From positions 154,806-218,805 of the forward strand of contig PFAZ01000001.1 of NCBI GenBank assembly GCA_002773535.1: a stretch of 64,000 nucleotides of DNA, given 5' to 3'. This stretch comes from Candidatus Harrisonbacteria bacterium CG10_big_fil_rev_8_21_14_0_10_40_38 (lineage in GTDB: Bacteria; Patescibacteriota; Minisyncoccia; UBA6257; 1-14-0-10-40-38). This document shows, piece after piece, positions 1-10,682 of this stretch (position 1 is its first letter; the number at the start of each line of letters is the position of its first letter). The notes beneath the pieces were generated by a model, which saw nothing but the letters and a program-made list of their open reading frames with translations, had not been told where the DNA came from and did not search any database. A program made the translations under genes and the position numbers.

Positions 1-432
1 TTGGTTTAATACCATGCACCGCAGATTTCACAATAAGAAAAGGCACATCAAACGCCCTACCATTGAATGTAACAAAGACATTTGCATGTTCTGCTATCTC
101 CCAAAACTTTTTTAAAATCTTCTCTTCGGTCATCGCCTCAAAAGTTATTCCATCCTCCTCAACTCTTTCATGTGGTTTTTCCGGCGACTGAAAATATACA
201 CCTCCTTTTTGAGAATCGATATCCATGACCCCCACAGCAACAACCTGTCCGGTAAGTGGCGAAAACCCTAATCCATCTTTTAAGTCACGGAGAAGTCTTT
301 CTTTATCAGACTCATCCCCATCATCCCTTACTAGTGAGTGAGTAAGTACATCTTTGGTAATTTCATCAATATTATCAAAATTTTCCCCTACGGTTTCGAT
401 ATCAAATGCGATTCTTTTCATAGTTGACATAT
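1..432 (-). CDS. RNase H-like 3'-5' exonuclease (PolB-exo/DEDD-like), 5' part of gene only; continues past window start
   Basis: Minus-strand translation from ATG near 430 gives MSTMKRIAFDIETVGENFD... with an FDIET exo-I-like motif. The ORF is open to the window edge and is absent from the ORF track, probably because it is truncated. Confidence 0.45.
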
Positions 433-531
433 GTGCTTAATTTTACTAGTATTTTAGGCAAATGTCACCAATATCATATCGGTGCGTTAAGACTTAGGTC
501 AATTAGAAATTAGGTTAATTTATTATTAGGT

Positions 532-816
532 ATGGCACATACAAAGTCAGGAGGATCTACAAAATTAGGTAGAGATTCGATATCAAAACGACTTGGCGTC
601 AAGGCAAATCACGGTGAAAAAGTAAACGCCGGAGAGATTATCATTCGTCAAAGAGGCACTCGCTACATCCCAGGAAAGAACGTCGGCAGAGGCGAAGATG
701 ACACCCTTTATGCTAAATCAGCTGGTACAGTAGAATTCCTCTCAAAAAAGAAAACAAAATTCGATGGCTCGAGAAGATATATAAAAGTTGTTACTGTTTT
801 GCCTCAACAGAAATAG
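532..816 (+). CDS. rpmA: 50S ribosomal protein L27
   Basis: [16 protein letters not shown]...; length and N-terminal motif are typical of L27. A TTGACA-17-TAGTAT promoter-like sequence lies at 424-452. Confidence 0.9.
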   Translation: MAHTKSGGSTKLGRDSISKRLGVKANHGEKVNAGEIIIRQRGTRYIPGKNVGRGEDDTLYAKSAGTVEFLSKKKTKFDGSRRYIKVVTVLPQQK

Positions 817-1219
817 TAACCGACCCTGTAAGTCCCCGACCAAAATCAATGATCGCCCGATGGTTCCCCAAGGAACGTATCGGGCGTTCTAGTTTTACGC
901 TTCCACCCTCAAATCCTAGCTGTTCTAAAAGCTCTTCAACGTCTTTTGATTTTATAGAATCAAATATTTCCCCCTTAGACCCAACTGCAAGTTTCATGAC
1001 AATTGGCGAAGTTTCGAGACGAAGCATCTGCTCCTTTACTGTACTCACAAAACTCTCTTCATTGCTATCGCTCTGCTTTTTCAAAGCAGATGTTTGGGAA
1101 TTCAAAGGCGCAGCAAGTCCTTTTGGAAAAAGGAAATTTCTCGCATAACCATCTGAAACATCCCGAGTCTCCATCTTCCTACCAACTCCTTTCACATCTT
1201 TTAAAAGTAACACCTTCAT
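791..1219 (-). CDS. rplI: 50S ribosomal protein L9
   Basis: [36 protein letters not shown] matches the L9 N-domain consensus; 142 aa. Confidence 0.85.
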   Translation of the reverse strand: MKVLLLKDVKGVGRKMETRDVSDGYARNFLFPKGLAAPLNSQTSALKKQSDSNEESFVSTVKEQMLRLETSPIVMKLAVGSKGEIFDSIKSKDVEELLEQLGFEGGSVKLERPIRSLGNHRAIIDFGRGLTGSVTISVEAKQ

Positions 1220-1222
1220 AAC

Positions 1223-2458
1223 CTACTTCTTTCCGCTTACAATCTCAATGGCTTTATCAAGTTGCGGATCAGTTCCGTCTTTAAGATTATCCTCAGTAAA
1301 AGGTACTTCGTAATCTGGTTTTAATCCATTTTTCTCGATAGCCTGTCCATTCGGCAAAAGCCAATTTGCAATCGTTATTTTCAGGTTTGAGCCATCGCTC
1401 AAAGGATCGAGCTCTTGAACAGTTCCTTTTCCAAAACTAGTCTCCCCTATAAGCTGAACACCTCTCTGGTCACGGAGAGCTCCGGCAAGTATTTCAGAAG
1501 CAGAAGCGGAACCACGATTAATAAGCACAACCATCGGAATGTCCTTAAGCGCACCGCTTCCAGTAGTTCGGAAAGTAAGCTCGGGATCAGAACGGAACTG
1601 CTCTTTCACCACAACAGAACCTTTCTCAAGGAACCACCCGGCAAGATCAATTGCTGTCTGCAAAAATCCTCCGGGGTTATTTCGAAGATCAAGGATTATT
1701 CCATTAACATGTTTTGATACAGCGAGATTGACCACATCGCGAAAATCTCTTGAGAGATTTCCATTAAATGTATAAATCGTAACGTAGAGCAAATTTCCAT
1801 CAATAATTTTCGAATCAATATTTGGTATCTTTATTTCCTCACGTTTTATAGAAATATCTTTTGGCCCGGGCCATCCGTCACGATAAATTTCGAGCACTAC
1901 AGCCTCACCCAGTGGGCCTCTTATCTTTTTTACCGCATCATTAACTGTAATTCCTCGTGTAAACTCCCCATCAATTTTTAGAATTTGATCCCCACTCTCA
2001 AGACCGGCTTTCTCTGCCGGAGATGCCTTAAGTGGCGCGACAATAACGATTTGATCGTTCCGAACACCAATCTCAGCGCCTATCCCGCCAAAATGACCAT
2101 TAATATCTTCGGAAAACTTTTCCGCCTCACCATTATCACCTCGTAGTAGAATCGTATTTTGATCTCCAAAAGAACCGGCTACTCCGGCAATAGCCCCATA
2201 GAGCATATCCTGTTCCGATACATTAGCTCCCTTGATATGAGTATCCTTCAGTTTTTTCCAAGCCTCCCAAAAAAGATTAAAATCAAGCGAACTTTCGTTA
2301 GCTGATGGGTTGCTGATACCCTCCAAAACAAGTTTTTCTGGGTATTGCCTCCCGACTTTATAACCAACAAAATAAGCGCCTCCTAAAAGCGCGACTGATA
2401 AAATAACGACTGAAAAAAGCTGGATAAAACGTCCTGAAAAAATGCGTTTAAAGTTCAT
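1223..2458 (-). CDS. C-terminal processing (S41) peptidase with PDZ domain
   Basis: N-terminal TM anchor, a PDZ-like segment (GGIGAEIG...GDQILKIDG) and the S41 catalytic region (LINRGSASASEILAGAL). Confidence 0.85.
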   Translation of the reverse strand: MNFKRIFSGRFIQLFSVVILSVALLGGAYFVGYKVGRQYPEKLVLEGISNPSANESSLDFNLFWEAWKKLKDTHIKGANVSEQDMLYGAIAGVAGSFGDQNTILLRGDNGEAEKFSEDINGHFGGIGAEIGVRNDQIVIVAPLKASPAEKAGLESGDQILKIDGEFTRGITVNDAVKKIRGPLGEAVVLEIYRDGWPGPKDISIKREEIKIPNIDSKIIDGNLLYVTIYTFNGNLSRDFRDVVNLAVSKHVNGIILDLRNNPGGFLQTAIDLAGWFLEKGSVVVKEQFRSDPELTFRTTGSGALKDIPMVVLINRGSASASEILAGALRDQRGVQLIGETSFGKGTVQELDPLSDGSNLKITIANWLLPNGQAIEKNGLKPDYEVPFTEDNLKDGTDPQLDKAIEIVSGKK

Positions 2459-2590
2459 GTGAAAAAAATAAGCATCTCAGACACTCTTAAGAATACTACA
2501 TGAAAATAACGAATGTAAAGCCATGAATAATCTTGTAGGAAAGAGTGCCAACTGATACCATTCAAGAGGACAAATGAAGAAATTTAAAGC

Positions 2591-2878
2591 ATGAAACCGT
2601 TTGAAAGAGAAGGAGAGGAATACTTTAAAACCCTTAAAGACCGAGGAAAAACATCAAAAGTCCATCGTTCTTATCAGCTTATAGGGCTGGAAATTGCGGA
2701 CATATTGAGTGACAGAGGCCATAAATCTCTATATATCAAAATGGCAAAAGAAATGGATCAAAATCGTCTTTTAGAAATCGCAAAAAGTGTTATAGAACGA
2801 AAAGATGTAAAAAATCCGGGAGCCTACTTCATGCGTCTTATTGAAATAGAAAAAAGTGGAAAAAACAAAAAAGTATGA
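2591..2878 (+). CDS. hypothetical small protein, start-stop overlap (ATGA) with def
   Basis: 95-aa ORF whose stop overlaps the def start by 4 bp; no recognisable domain. Confidence 0.4.
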   Translation: MKPFEREGEEYFKTLKDRGKTSKVHRSYQLIGLEIADILSDRGHKSLYIKMAKEMDQNRLLEIAKSVIERKDVKNPGAYFMRLIEIEKSGKNKKV

Positions 2879-3384
2879 GTGTTCTACCAATTTTAAAAAT
2901 TGATGACAAAAAAGAAGAATCTTTTTTACGAAAAAAAACCAAAACAGTTGACATAGACAACCTAAATAAAAAAGAGATGCGCGATTTAATAAAAAAAATG
3001 CGCGCCACAATGAGAGATGCTGACGGAGTTGGTCTTAGTGCAAATCAAATAGGGCTCGATATGAGTCTATTTATCGCCGAGCCGCCGATCGACGAAACTG
3101 GTACAAAGCCAAAATTTTACGTAATTATTAATCCTGAAATTGTAAAAAAATCAGGCGAGTTAGATGTAATGGATGAAGGGTGTCTAAGCGTCCCGGAAAG
3201 GTTCGGGCCAGTAGAAAGAGCCGACAAAATAACGATCTCCGGCTTTGACCAAAATGGTAAGAAAATAAAAATCAAAGCATGGGGTTTCCTAGCTCGCATA
3301 TTCCAGCACGAGATAGATCACCTAAACGGAAAACTTTTTATAGACCACGCAAAAAAAATACGCAAACGTGACAAAGATAAATAA
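2875..3384 (+). CDS. def: peptide deformylase
   Basis: EGCLSVPE and HEIDHLNG metal-binding motifs; 169 aa. Confidence 0.9.
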   Translation: MSVLPILKIDDKKEESFLRKKTKTVDIDNLNKKEMRDLIKKMRATMRDADGVGLSANQIGLDMSLFIAEPPIDETGTKPKFYVIINPEIVKKSGELDVMDEGCLSVPERFGPVERADKITISGFDQNGKKIKIKAWGFLARIFQHEIDHLNGKLFIDHAKKIRKRDKDK

Positions 3385-3403
3385 TTCAGAACTTGTTTAA
3401 TCC

Positions 3404-4261
3404 ATGATTCACGATCCAAAATTCATATTTTTCGGAACTCCCCGCTTCGCAGAACTGGTTCTAAAAGAACTTCTAGACGCAAACCTTCTACCAGGAGCTG
3501 TTATTTGTAATCCCGATCGTCCGGTAGGTAGAAAAAAAACTATAACCAAACCGGCAGTAAAAAGACTGATAATCGAAAAAGAATTCGAAAATAAAATAAA
3601 AATCCTTCAACCGGAAAACTCACAGGAAATTCTGACAATATTATCAGGCATTTCAAAACCCGATATCGCTATCGTAGCCGCTTATTCAAAAATCTTACCC
3701 GCAGACATCATAAACCTACCAAAATTAGGCACATTAGGAGTTCACCCCTCGCTTCTTCCGAAATATCGAGGCGCTTCACCTATCCAATCCGTCATTTTAA
3801 GCGGTGAAAAAGAAACCGGAGTAACAATATACAAACTCGATGAAAAAATGGATCACGGCCCGATACTAGCTCAAGAAAAACAAACACTAAATGGAGATGA
3901 AACTTATCTGGACCTTGAAGAAAAATTGGCAATTTTAGGCGGAAAACTTTTAGTAAAAACCATACAAGACTACACGTCAGGCAACTTCGAGTTAAAAGAA
4001 CAAGACCACAAAAATGCTACTTTTACCAAAAAAATATCAACCGACGACGCATTTATTGATGAAAGCGACTTAATGTCAGCCCAAAATGGAGAAAATGCAG
4101 AAGAAATATATAGAAAAATCAGAGGTTTCAACCCAGAACCGGGCGCATGGACTATCAAAAACGGCAAAAGAACAAAACTCCTCGAAGCAAAGATAATAGA
4201 CAAAAAGCTTGTCTTAACCCTCATTCAAGAGGAAGGTAAAAACCCTCAAAAACCCTTATAA
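3404..4261 (+). CDS. fmt: methionyl-tRNA formyltransferase
   Basis: IFFGTPRFA N-terminus and the HPSLLPKYRGASPIQ motif; in a def-fmt pair. Confidence 0.9.
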   Translation: MIHDPKFIFFGTPRFAELVLKELLDANLLPGAVICNPDRPVGRKKTITKPAVKRLIIEKEFENKIKILQPENSQEILTILSGISKPDIAIVAAYSKILPADIINLPKLGTLGVHPSLLPKYRGASPIQSVILSGEKETGVTIYKLDEKMDHGPILAQEKQTLNGDETYLDLEEKLAILGGKLLVKTIQDYTSGNFELKEQDHKNATFTKKISTDDAFIDESDLMSAQNGENAEEIYRKIRGFNPEPGAWTIKNGKRTKLLEAKIIDKKLVLTLIQEEGKNPQKPL

Positions 4262-4299
4262 AATATAGGTGTTTTACCACACCTATTGACAAACATTTT

Positions 4300-4535
4300 A
4301 AATAAAAGTACGATATACAGCGGAACATATAAATATAAGTGGCGCCCAATATAAGGAGAAACGCCTTCACCTAGCGCAAAACGCAAGAAGTCCTAGCGGC
4401 TTCTCGCAGGCAAGCCTAAGGTAATGAGCTCGCCTGCCGCATTAACCTTTACCTGCGCTTTCGCGCGCGTCAAAAGGAGGTGTGCCTTCGAATAGCACAG
4501 AAACAACCCCACCGACCCGTTCGGTGGGGCTCTTT
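4300..4535 (+). ncRNA. candidate small structured RNA ending in an intrinsic terminator (class undetermined)
   Basis: About 240 nt GC-elevated non-coding stretch downstream of fmt with multiple stems (e.g. GCAGGCAAGCC...GGCGAGC...CTGCC). It ends in the hairpin CCCCACCGACCCGTTCGGTGGGG followed by TTTTTTT. Confidence 0.25.
4497..4535 (+). terminator. rho-independent terminator
   Basis: CCCCACCGAcccgtTCGGTGGGG stem followed by CTCTTTTTTTATT. Confidence 0.6.
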
Positions 4536-4620
4536 TTTTATTTAAATAATTTTAAAAATCTTTAGTCATCAAGCTACCGTCGCTACCCACTAACTCACCT
4601 AATTTCTAGTGGCTTAAATC

Positions 4621-4799
4621 AGTTGTAAGTTGTCAGTCCGAGCGAATCGAGGTCACAAGTCGCACCGAAGAATTTCCTTCTCCCATTTAATCTTAAGTCA
4701 TAAGTTTTAGGCCATTAGGTCGTAAGTATTTGGAATTTATTTGTAATTTGGGATTTGGAATTTAATTAGGTCAATTAGAAATTAGATTAATTAGTAATC
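4621..4799. repeat. dispersed intergenic repeat, long copy A (related to 15296-15454)
   Basis: Shares AGTTGTAAGTTGTCAGTCCGAGCGAAtCGAGGTCacaAGTCGCACCGAAGaATTTCCTT and the downstream ...TTTGTAATTTGG..TTGGAATTTAATTA...ATTAGAAATTAG blocks with copy B. About 85-90% identity by eye, with a ~30 bp indel. Confidence 0.6.
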
Positions 4800-4859
4800 T
4801 TTTATTCCCATAATTCATTATTCTTAATTCATAATTCATATTTAAGGTATAATTAACTC

Positions 4860-6554
4860 GTGAAGAAAATTTTAAAAACATTCGCTTTTTTCCCCCTTTC
4901 CCTCATCGCTCTTCTCTTTTTTATCCTGAGCGTAATCGAAGGACCTCTCATCGCTCATGCCCATGGCTCTCCCTTTCTTGAATTTGCGCCGGATATTTCC
5001 GACCGACTCAAAGTTTCAGATGTAGCAACGCCTGCGCAGGAATTTCAGCCCAAAAACGACTTCTTAGGAGCATTCGATCTCTGGGTAGATAACGAAGGAT
5101 CAGCAGGTTCTGCAACCTTTGAAATCATTGACCAAAATGGATCCGTTGTTGCAAGAAAAACACAAACCATTCCCCACCTACCAGCTGTCTGGAGCGGAAA
5201 TCAAATTCACGTTGACCTCGACAATACCATTAGTATTTCAAGCGAAGAAACATACAGAGTCCGCATAGTAAGCGGCCCACCACAACTCTATTTATACTAC
5301 GCAGACAAAACCCAACTTCTACAACACAACACACTCTATTACTCAGAATATTTTATAAGATCCGCATGGCTTGGAAACACAGAACAAAATTTTGCATTTA
5401 AAATAATCATCTACGAAGTTGAAGACACCGCTCCGCCTATTATCACAAACGCAACCACAACGGAGGTAAATTACTACACAGAAAGAATAGAATTTAACGC
5501 AAACGAGCCAATTGATTTTAAAATAGATTACGCGCCAATAGACGGAGAGGAAAAATCTACAAGTTATACCGGAACATTTCGAGTATGCGAGCCAGTTGCC
5601 TGTGGCGCGAATCTCACAGTCGAACCAGGTAAAAAGACATATGCCTATACGATCACCGCAAAAGATGAATGGGGAAACGAAGGGACAAAGGTAGGCACGT
5701 TTATTAGCCCACCATCTCCACCTACCCCAACGCCAGACCCGTCAGCCTCACCAGACACAACACCCGGAGCCACAACCACACCAGAATCAACATATTCTCC
5801 ATCACCAGACCTAACTCCTCCAACAATCACAAATTCCCGCATCATCGACTTAACTTCAAACAGCGTACGCATAAGCTGGACAACAAACGAAGCCGCCACA
5901 AGCAAACTTTATATATACAAAGGAAATACTTTAATAACAACCGAAGAAGACGCAACTTACGAACTCGAACACTTACTTGGCACTTCAAATATACTAACGC
6001 CAAAAACTTCATATACCGCAAAACTCGAAAGCAAAGACTCGAGCGGAAACATTGGAGCAACCTCCTTCAGCTTTCTCACAGAAGAAGTTGATTCCGACAA
6101 TCAAAATAACAATAACAAAAAACAGCCCAACGAAGACGAAGATGTTTCGCTTTCTCCTGAAAATGGCGGCACGCTTACATGGAACACAAAAGAAGACCCA
6201 CCGGAAGGTTTTCGCATAGATATTTTTGACGAAAATAATCACTATATCGGACAAAGAATCCTTTCAAAAGACAGCCGAGGATGGGAACTCGATCTCCCAC
6301 CAGGAAATTACAAAATCGTTCTCTACAAAGATGAAGGCGAATATTATGAAAAAGTAGGCAAATTTCTCTCAATTAAAGTGAGCGGAAATATTTACGGAAA
6401 GTTTAAAAAACAAATATATTTTGGAATCGCTGGCATGTTGGTACTCACAGGTATAGCAAGTTATATTTGGAATAAAAAACGCTACCCAAAACCAAAAAAG
6501 AAAAAAATGGAGACAGAGAAAGACACAACCTACGAAGCCAACCGCCCATACTAG
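4860..6554 (+). CDS. large secreted/surface-anchored protein
   Basis: GTG start; signal peptide; Pro/Thr-rich linker PPSPPTPTPDPSASPDTTPGATTTPESTYSPSPDLTPP; beta-rich repeats; KKQIYFGIAGMLVLTGIASYIW TM helix plus a KKRYPKPKKKK stop-transfer at the C-terminus. Confidence 0.6.
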   Translation: MKKILKTFAFFPLSLIALLFFILSVIEGPLIAHAHGSPFLEFAPDISDRLKVSDVATPAQEFQPKNDFLGAFDLWVDNEGSAGSATFEIIDQNGSVVARKTQTIPHLPAVWSGNQIHVDLDNTISISSEETYRVRIVSGPPQLYLYYADKTQLLQHNTLYYSEYFIRSAWLGNTEQNFAFKIIIYEVEDTAPPIITNATTTEVNYYTERIEFNANEPIDFKIDYAPIDGEEKSTSYTGTFRVCEPVACGANLTVEPGKKTYAYTITAKDEWGNEGTKVGTFISPPSPPTPTPDPSASPDTTPGATTTPESTYSPSPDLTPPTITNSRIIDLTSNSVRISWTTNEAATSKLYIYKGNTLITTEEDATYELEHLLGTSNILTPKTSYTAKLESKDSSGNIGATSFSFLTEEVDSDNQNNNNKKQPNEDEDVSLSPENGGTLTWNTKEDPPEGFRIDIFDENNHYIGQRILSKDSRGWELDLPPGNYKIVLYKDEGEYYEKVGKFLSIKVSGNIYGKFKKQIYFGIAGMLVLTGIASYIWNKKRYPKPKKKKMETEKDTTYEANRPY

Positions 6555-6633
6555 TAATGCCAAATGTAAAAAGTAAAAAGCACACTGTTTAAATAATTAA
6601 AATCACATTTTACATGTCACATCAAACATATCG

Positions 6634-8121
6634 CTAATGTATCTCCTCCCACGAAATCGTCTCATATTCGTCAGAAGTGAGCGGAAATCCTGGCGGAGGC
6701 CCGAATAAAAGGTTTGCATCATATATCAGGTTTCTGTTTGCATATCCCGAACAATAAATCCCACCACATGACCAGCTAAACCCATACCTCTCATTTGTCC
6801 CAATCATTCCATAAAGTGTAATAGTGTCCCTATATGCTTCCTCGCCACAGTAATTTTGATTACCGCTTGGAGCTTTATAATAATATCTTCCAACACGTCC
6901 ATTCTTTGCGATAATAGCTCCGTCAATTCTTAAATCATCCTCGCTATAAAGACCAACATTTATGTCATTCTGCGCAATAAGGCCAATAACATCAGTGCCA
7001 TCATAATTTGTATAAAGCAGATCATGATTAACATTGATACTTGTCTGAGTCCCAGGATTTTCAGGAAATTTCGCGGATGCAACAGTAATTCTTTGTCCAT
7101 CAATCTGCCCGCTAACCCACAAAAAATCCTCAACAAAGATTAAACCATTATTCGGCATTGGATACGTTCCAACAGATGTCGTTGCATTAATACTCCAAAT
7201 CCCCCAGTCATTATCACTGATTTGGTCAGAGCATCCGTTTGGCTTACGCTTGAGATCTGTAGCTTTTGAAATAGTATATGTGTCATCAGGATGAAAAACT
7301 ATTTCATATCCGTGTGTACCAGAATCTGGGTAATAAGCCCCATTTGTTTGCGCATCAGTTTTAATCTGCGCAAGGTCAGCAGCAATACCAGTAAAATCAA
7401 TTGCGGGCACAGGAAAATCTCTTCCAGCCATAAACACATCCGGCCTATTTGGAACTGGCGAGGGTGGAAGAGGATCGGCAGGATCTACGTGAGTATGCAC
7501 GCCAAAATCATACTGCCCCGAGTGATCTGGGTCATTATAAGAAGCAACCGCGCTAGTAATAATATTGTGCGCAATACCGTCAAAGCGAATTCCCCCGTTT
7601 GAATGAATCGGCCCAAAAACTTCAGTTCCTTCGCCAAATCTCATTGTGTCATTTGCCGCAACAGCAAATTTTGCAAAAGAAGATATGCCGAGCTTAGCTT
7701 GTATAGTTCTCGATACAGACGCATCCGAATACAACCTTCCAGTCGAAGTAAGCGTAACAATAGTTGTACCAGAAAGCGGTTCAACAGAAAGCTCTATTTC
7801 CCCAATCTGTTCCCCATCCTTATCATAATAAGGCAAAGTATATGGCCCTGGCTGGCCCGTTCCATTTGTATAATCAGTCGGATCATGTGCAAGATGCCAC
7901 CTATAGTATTCAATCCCCGCCTCCGCTACTTGAAACGCCTGTTCAGAGTTATACGCTCGAAATGTAGAGTTTATGCTATAAAGCGCAAGGTTAATCAGAA
8001 CCGCAATAAAAACTACTGCCAATGCAGACAAAACAAGTGCTTGAATTAAAATCTGCCCACCCTGTCCACCATTAAAAGCAGTTTTTAGTTTTAAGTTTTT
8101 AGTTTTAAGTTTTATATTCAT
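6634..8121 (-). CDS. PilX-like minor pilin / pilus-associated protein
   Basis: N-terminal hydrophobic helix followed by ...AYNSEQAFQVAEAGIEYY, which resembles the PilX_N motif. Sits at the distal end of the pilB-pilC-pilin string. Confidence 0.5.
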   Translation of the reverse strand: MNIKLKTKNLKLKTAFNGGQGGQILIQALVLSALAVVFIAVLINLALYSINSTFRAYNSEQAFQVAEAGIEYYRWHLAHDPTDYTNGTGQPGPYTLPYYDKDGEQIGEIELSVEPLSGTTIVTLTSTGRLYSDASVSRTIQAKLGISSFAKFAVAANDTMRFGEGTEVFGPIHSNGGIRFDGIAHNIITSAVASYNDPDHSGQYDFGVHTHVDPADPLPPSPVPNRPDVFMAGRDFPVPAIDFTGIAADLAQIKTDAQTNGAYYPDSGTHGYEIVFHPDDTYTISKATDLKRKPNGCSDQISDNDWGIWSINATTSVGTYPMPNNGLIFVEDFLWVSGQIDGQRITVASAKFPENPGTQTSINVNHDLLYTNYDGTDVIGLIAQNDINVGLYSEDDLRIDGAIIAKNGRVGRYYYKAPSGNQNYCGEEAYRDTITLYGMIGTNERYGFSWSCGGIYCSGYANRNLIYDANLLFGPPPGFPLTSDEYETISWEEIH

Positions 8122-8738
8122 TCTCCTGTTCTTAAATTTCTCAAATTAATTTGACTGGAAACAGTTATAGGTGGCGGTGGAAGTAGCGGATTATCATCAA
8201 CAATTAAAGAGATCTTAACTAATCGAACATCTGAAGGAACGACTGGATCAGCAAGAGGCGTAGAAGTCCCTTTATAATCAGAACCAAAATACGAAAATAT
8301 CGGAGTCGAAGTAGCCGCAATATGTTTTAATATGGGTCGCAGAGATTCAGAAGCTGTCGAGGTGCTATACGTCAAAGGGTTACCTTCTGGCTTTATTATA
8401 CTCTGCATAAGAGTATCGCCCTGTAGAAAATAATGAACACGTTCACGATAAGAGTCAGAATCAACATTGCTATAAAAAGCAAATGAATTGGGTTCAGTTA
8501 TCTCGAGCGCAAACCCACCCACATTTGATTGCCCCGCAGATCTTACTTGTGGAGCAATTATTGTCATAGCAGATTGAGCATCTCTATAAGCAATAAACGA
8601 ATCATTTAGAAAACCATTTACAGAAAAAATATCCCTCTGAAGCGTTATAAGTACACCGGATAACACCGCCAAAATTGAAAGACTTATTAAAAGCTCGATT
8701 AAAGTAAATCCCTGCTTTGATTTAATAAATTTTTTCAT
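8118..8738 (-). CDS. type IV pilin / pseudopilin (prepilin-type N-terminal methylation domain)
   Basis: KQGFTLIELLISLSILAVLSGV: canonical G/FTLIE class III signal. Confidence 0.75.
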   Translation of the reverse strand: MKKFIKSKQGFTLIELLISLSILAVLSGVLITLQRDIFSVNGFLNDSFIAYRDAQSAMTIIAPQVRSAGQSNVGGFALEITEPNSFAFYSNVDSDSYRERVHYFLQGDTLMQSIIKPEGNPLTYSTSTASESLRPILKHIAATSTPIFSYFGSDYKGTSTPLADPVVPSDVRLVKISLIVDDNPLLPPPPITVSSQINLRNLRTGE

Positions 8739-8739
8739 A

Positions 8740-10566
8740 TTAAGAAGAAGGATCTAAAAATACCTCAATCTCCTCCCACGAAGAACCAACCGTAATTGTT
8801 TGAGAGTAAGAATCGTAACCGGAATGGGAAACGTCTAAAGTATAAGACCCCGAAGACAAACCGTGAAAAAACGCCTGCCCTGGTGGAACACATTCTGAAG
8901 CGTATGTTAAAGTCACATCAGAAACATTTGGCGTAAATGAAGTACTAGCTGTAGAAAGATAAATTTTATATTTAAAATACCTATCACCATTATGATCTGT
9001 ATTTATATCAGGTGATGTAGTTGTATAAAAAGTATTTGAAGTCCCATCAGGTCCCAAAAAATCCCAACTCAAAGGTGAACTAGTTGTAGCCGTTGCGATT
9101 TGGATTTTTAGCGGATCCGAGCCGGTATCAGGTGACTGATTTGTTGGGTTATAAGAAATAGTATAAAAAGTACTATCAGAACCCGTATCAAAAGTTGACG
9201 ATGTTAAAAATCCCGAACTTACATATGTAGTCGTCGAAACCTGATTTAAAGTAAGATCTCCAACAGGGTTGTCGACAGATATATTACCATCCTGACTCTC
9301 ATATCCTGTAAGATCTCCAAAGTCAGCCTGTCCTGACCCTCCCGACCAATCAGTCTGATTAAATGAACCGCGTCCTGTAGTTATTGTCTCATCGTACCCG
9401 CTTTTTGTGAGATTAACTACTGTATTTGCGATTGGGAGCAAAGTAACAGAATCCTTAACAGTTACAAGTAGTGCCTGCGGGTCTTTAGGCTGGACAACGA
9501 TTTTGAAATCCTGAGTCGAATTTGGTAAAAGGTTTAGCGGTATATTTGGTATTGTACCCGCTACATCATACGAAGAATTACTAAACGACATAGAGTACGC
9601 GTCCCACTCAAGATTTGAAACAGTTCTAGTTCCACCACTTCCTGTGGTAAAACCGTTTGAATATTTCAAAATATCTGGAGTGGTTCCAATAAGCTTTGCG
9701 CCAGAAAGAGTGAAGTTTATACTTCCCACCGGCGAACACGACTCCGTAAGACTCGAAACACCAAGAGTGCTTACACGATCGATAGCAAAAGTAACACTAG
9801 TAACTTGACCGGTAGCAACAGTAACCGGAAGTTTTACAGGGTTTGGTACCGAAACACTCGGCTCATATGTTTGATCCGTAGAATAACCCGTCTTTGAAAC
9901 AGTAATGTCATATGTCTGACTCCCTGGCGGAACATCAATGAGTTTCAGATACCCATCAGAATCTGTCTCATCCGTAAGATCAATTTGGGGCGTTGATGAC
10001 GCATTTACAACGTGAACCTTTGCACTCGGTATACCTATCCCATTTGCATCAATCGCTTGAATAAAAATCGCCCCGTTTGAACCAGTAGACTCAAGACTCC
10101 TCGGTGCAACCCGACCGGTAAAATTAAATATCTCTGGTCTATCACAGTTTGCGCAATTAAGTTCAAGTGAAACAAGTTTATAGTCTGCAGGCGAAGTATC
10201 GTTTGGCGCGCCACCAATAGTTCCATCAAACGGATCATCTACATTACGAATTGTAGTAGTGAGAGTAAAAGCATAATTATCCCTATAAAATATCTGAACA
10301 GGTGGCACAACTCCTGAAGGCACGCCGCCAACAACACCAACATCCGAATACGGCATGTTCCTCAAAACCTCTATCTGTTCATTTGCGATAGATGCCGCTG
10401 CAACTTTTTGCCTCGAACTCGTAAGAAGTGTGAGAACAACCGAAAAACCTTGATACAAAACAAGGCCAATAACAACTAAAAGCGCTACCCCAATAACCGT
10501 CTCGAGAAGTGATAATCCTTTGAGACGTTTTTTTTCAAGCAACGGCAAAACGGCATGCTTTCTCAT
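8740..10566 (-). CDS. very large prepilin-type protein (608 aa) with Ig-like beta-rich body
   Basis: KGLSLLETVIGVALLVVIGLVL prepilin N-terminus with Glu at +5; Thr/Ser-rich repeats. Confidence 0.7.
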   Translation of the reverse strand: MRKHAVLPLLEKKRLKGLSLLETVIGVALLVVIGLVLYQGFSVVLTLLTSSRQKVAAASIANEQIEVLRNMPYSDVGVVGGVPSGVVPPVQIFYRDNYAFTLTTTIRNVDDPFDGTIGGAPNDTSPADYKLVSLELNCANCDRPEIFNFTGRVAPRSLESTGSNGAIFIQAIDANGIGIPSAKVHVVNASSTPQIDLTDETDSDGYLKLIDVPPGSQTYDITVSKTGYSTDQTYEPSVSVPNPVKLPVTVATGQVTSVTFAIDRVSTLGVSSLTESCSPVGSINFTLSGAKLIGTTPDILKYSNGFTTGSGGTRTVSNLEWDAYSMSFSNSSYDVAGTIPNIPLNLLPNSTQDFKIVVQPKDPQALLVTVKDSVTLLPIANTVVNLTKSGYDETITTGRGSFNQTDWSGGSGQADFGDLTGYESQDGNISVDNPVGDLTLNQVSTTTYVSSGFLTSSTFDTGSDSTFYTISYNPTNQSPDTGSDPLKIQIATATTSSPLSWDFLGPDGTSNTFYTTTSPDINTDHNGDRYFKYKIYLSTASTSFTPNVSDVTLTYASECVPPGQAFFHGLSSGSYTLDVSHSGYDSYSQTITVGSSWEEIEVFLDPSS

Positions 10567-10682
10567 GCCTCTTAAGTTTAAAACGGATACGTAAAAAATG
10601 TAATGTGCATAGCTATTTCTAGTCGTCAGCTACCAGCTTTAGTCTTTAGTTATAAGTTTTTAGTCTTCAGTTGTAAGTCCGT

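Noticed and set aside
849-1221. Plus-strand ORFs (99 and 72 aa) inside rplI and similar antisense ORFs inside ctpA, fmt, pilB, fusA, lepA, aspS and others
   Set aside because: They lie entirely antisense to strongly conserved genes, have no motifs and low-complexity composition, so they are shadow ORFs.
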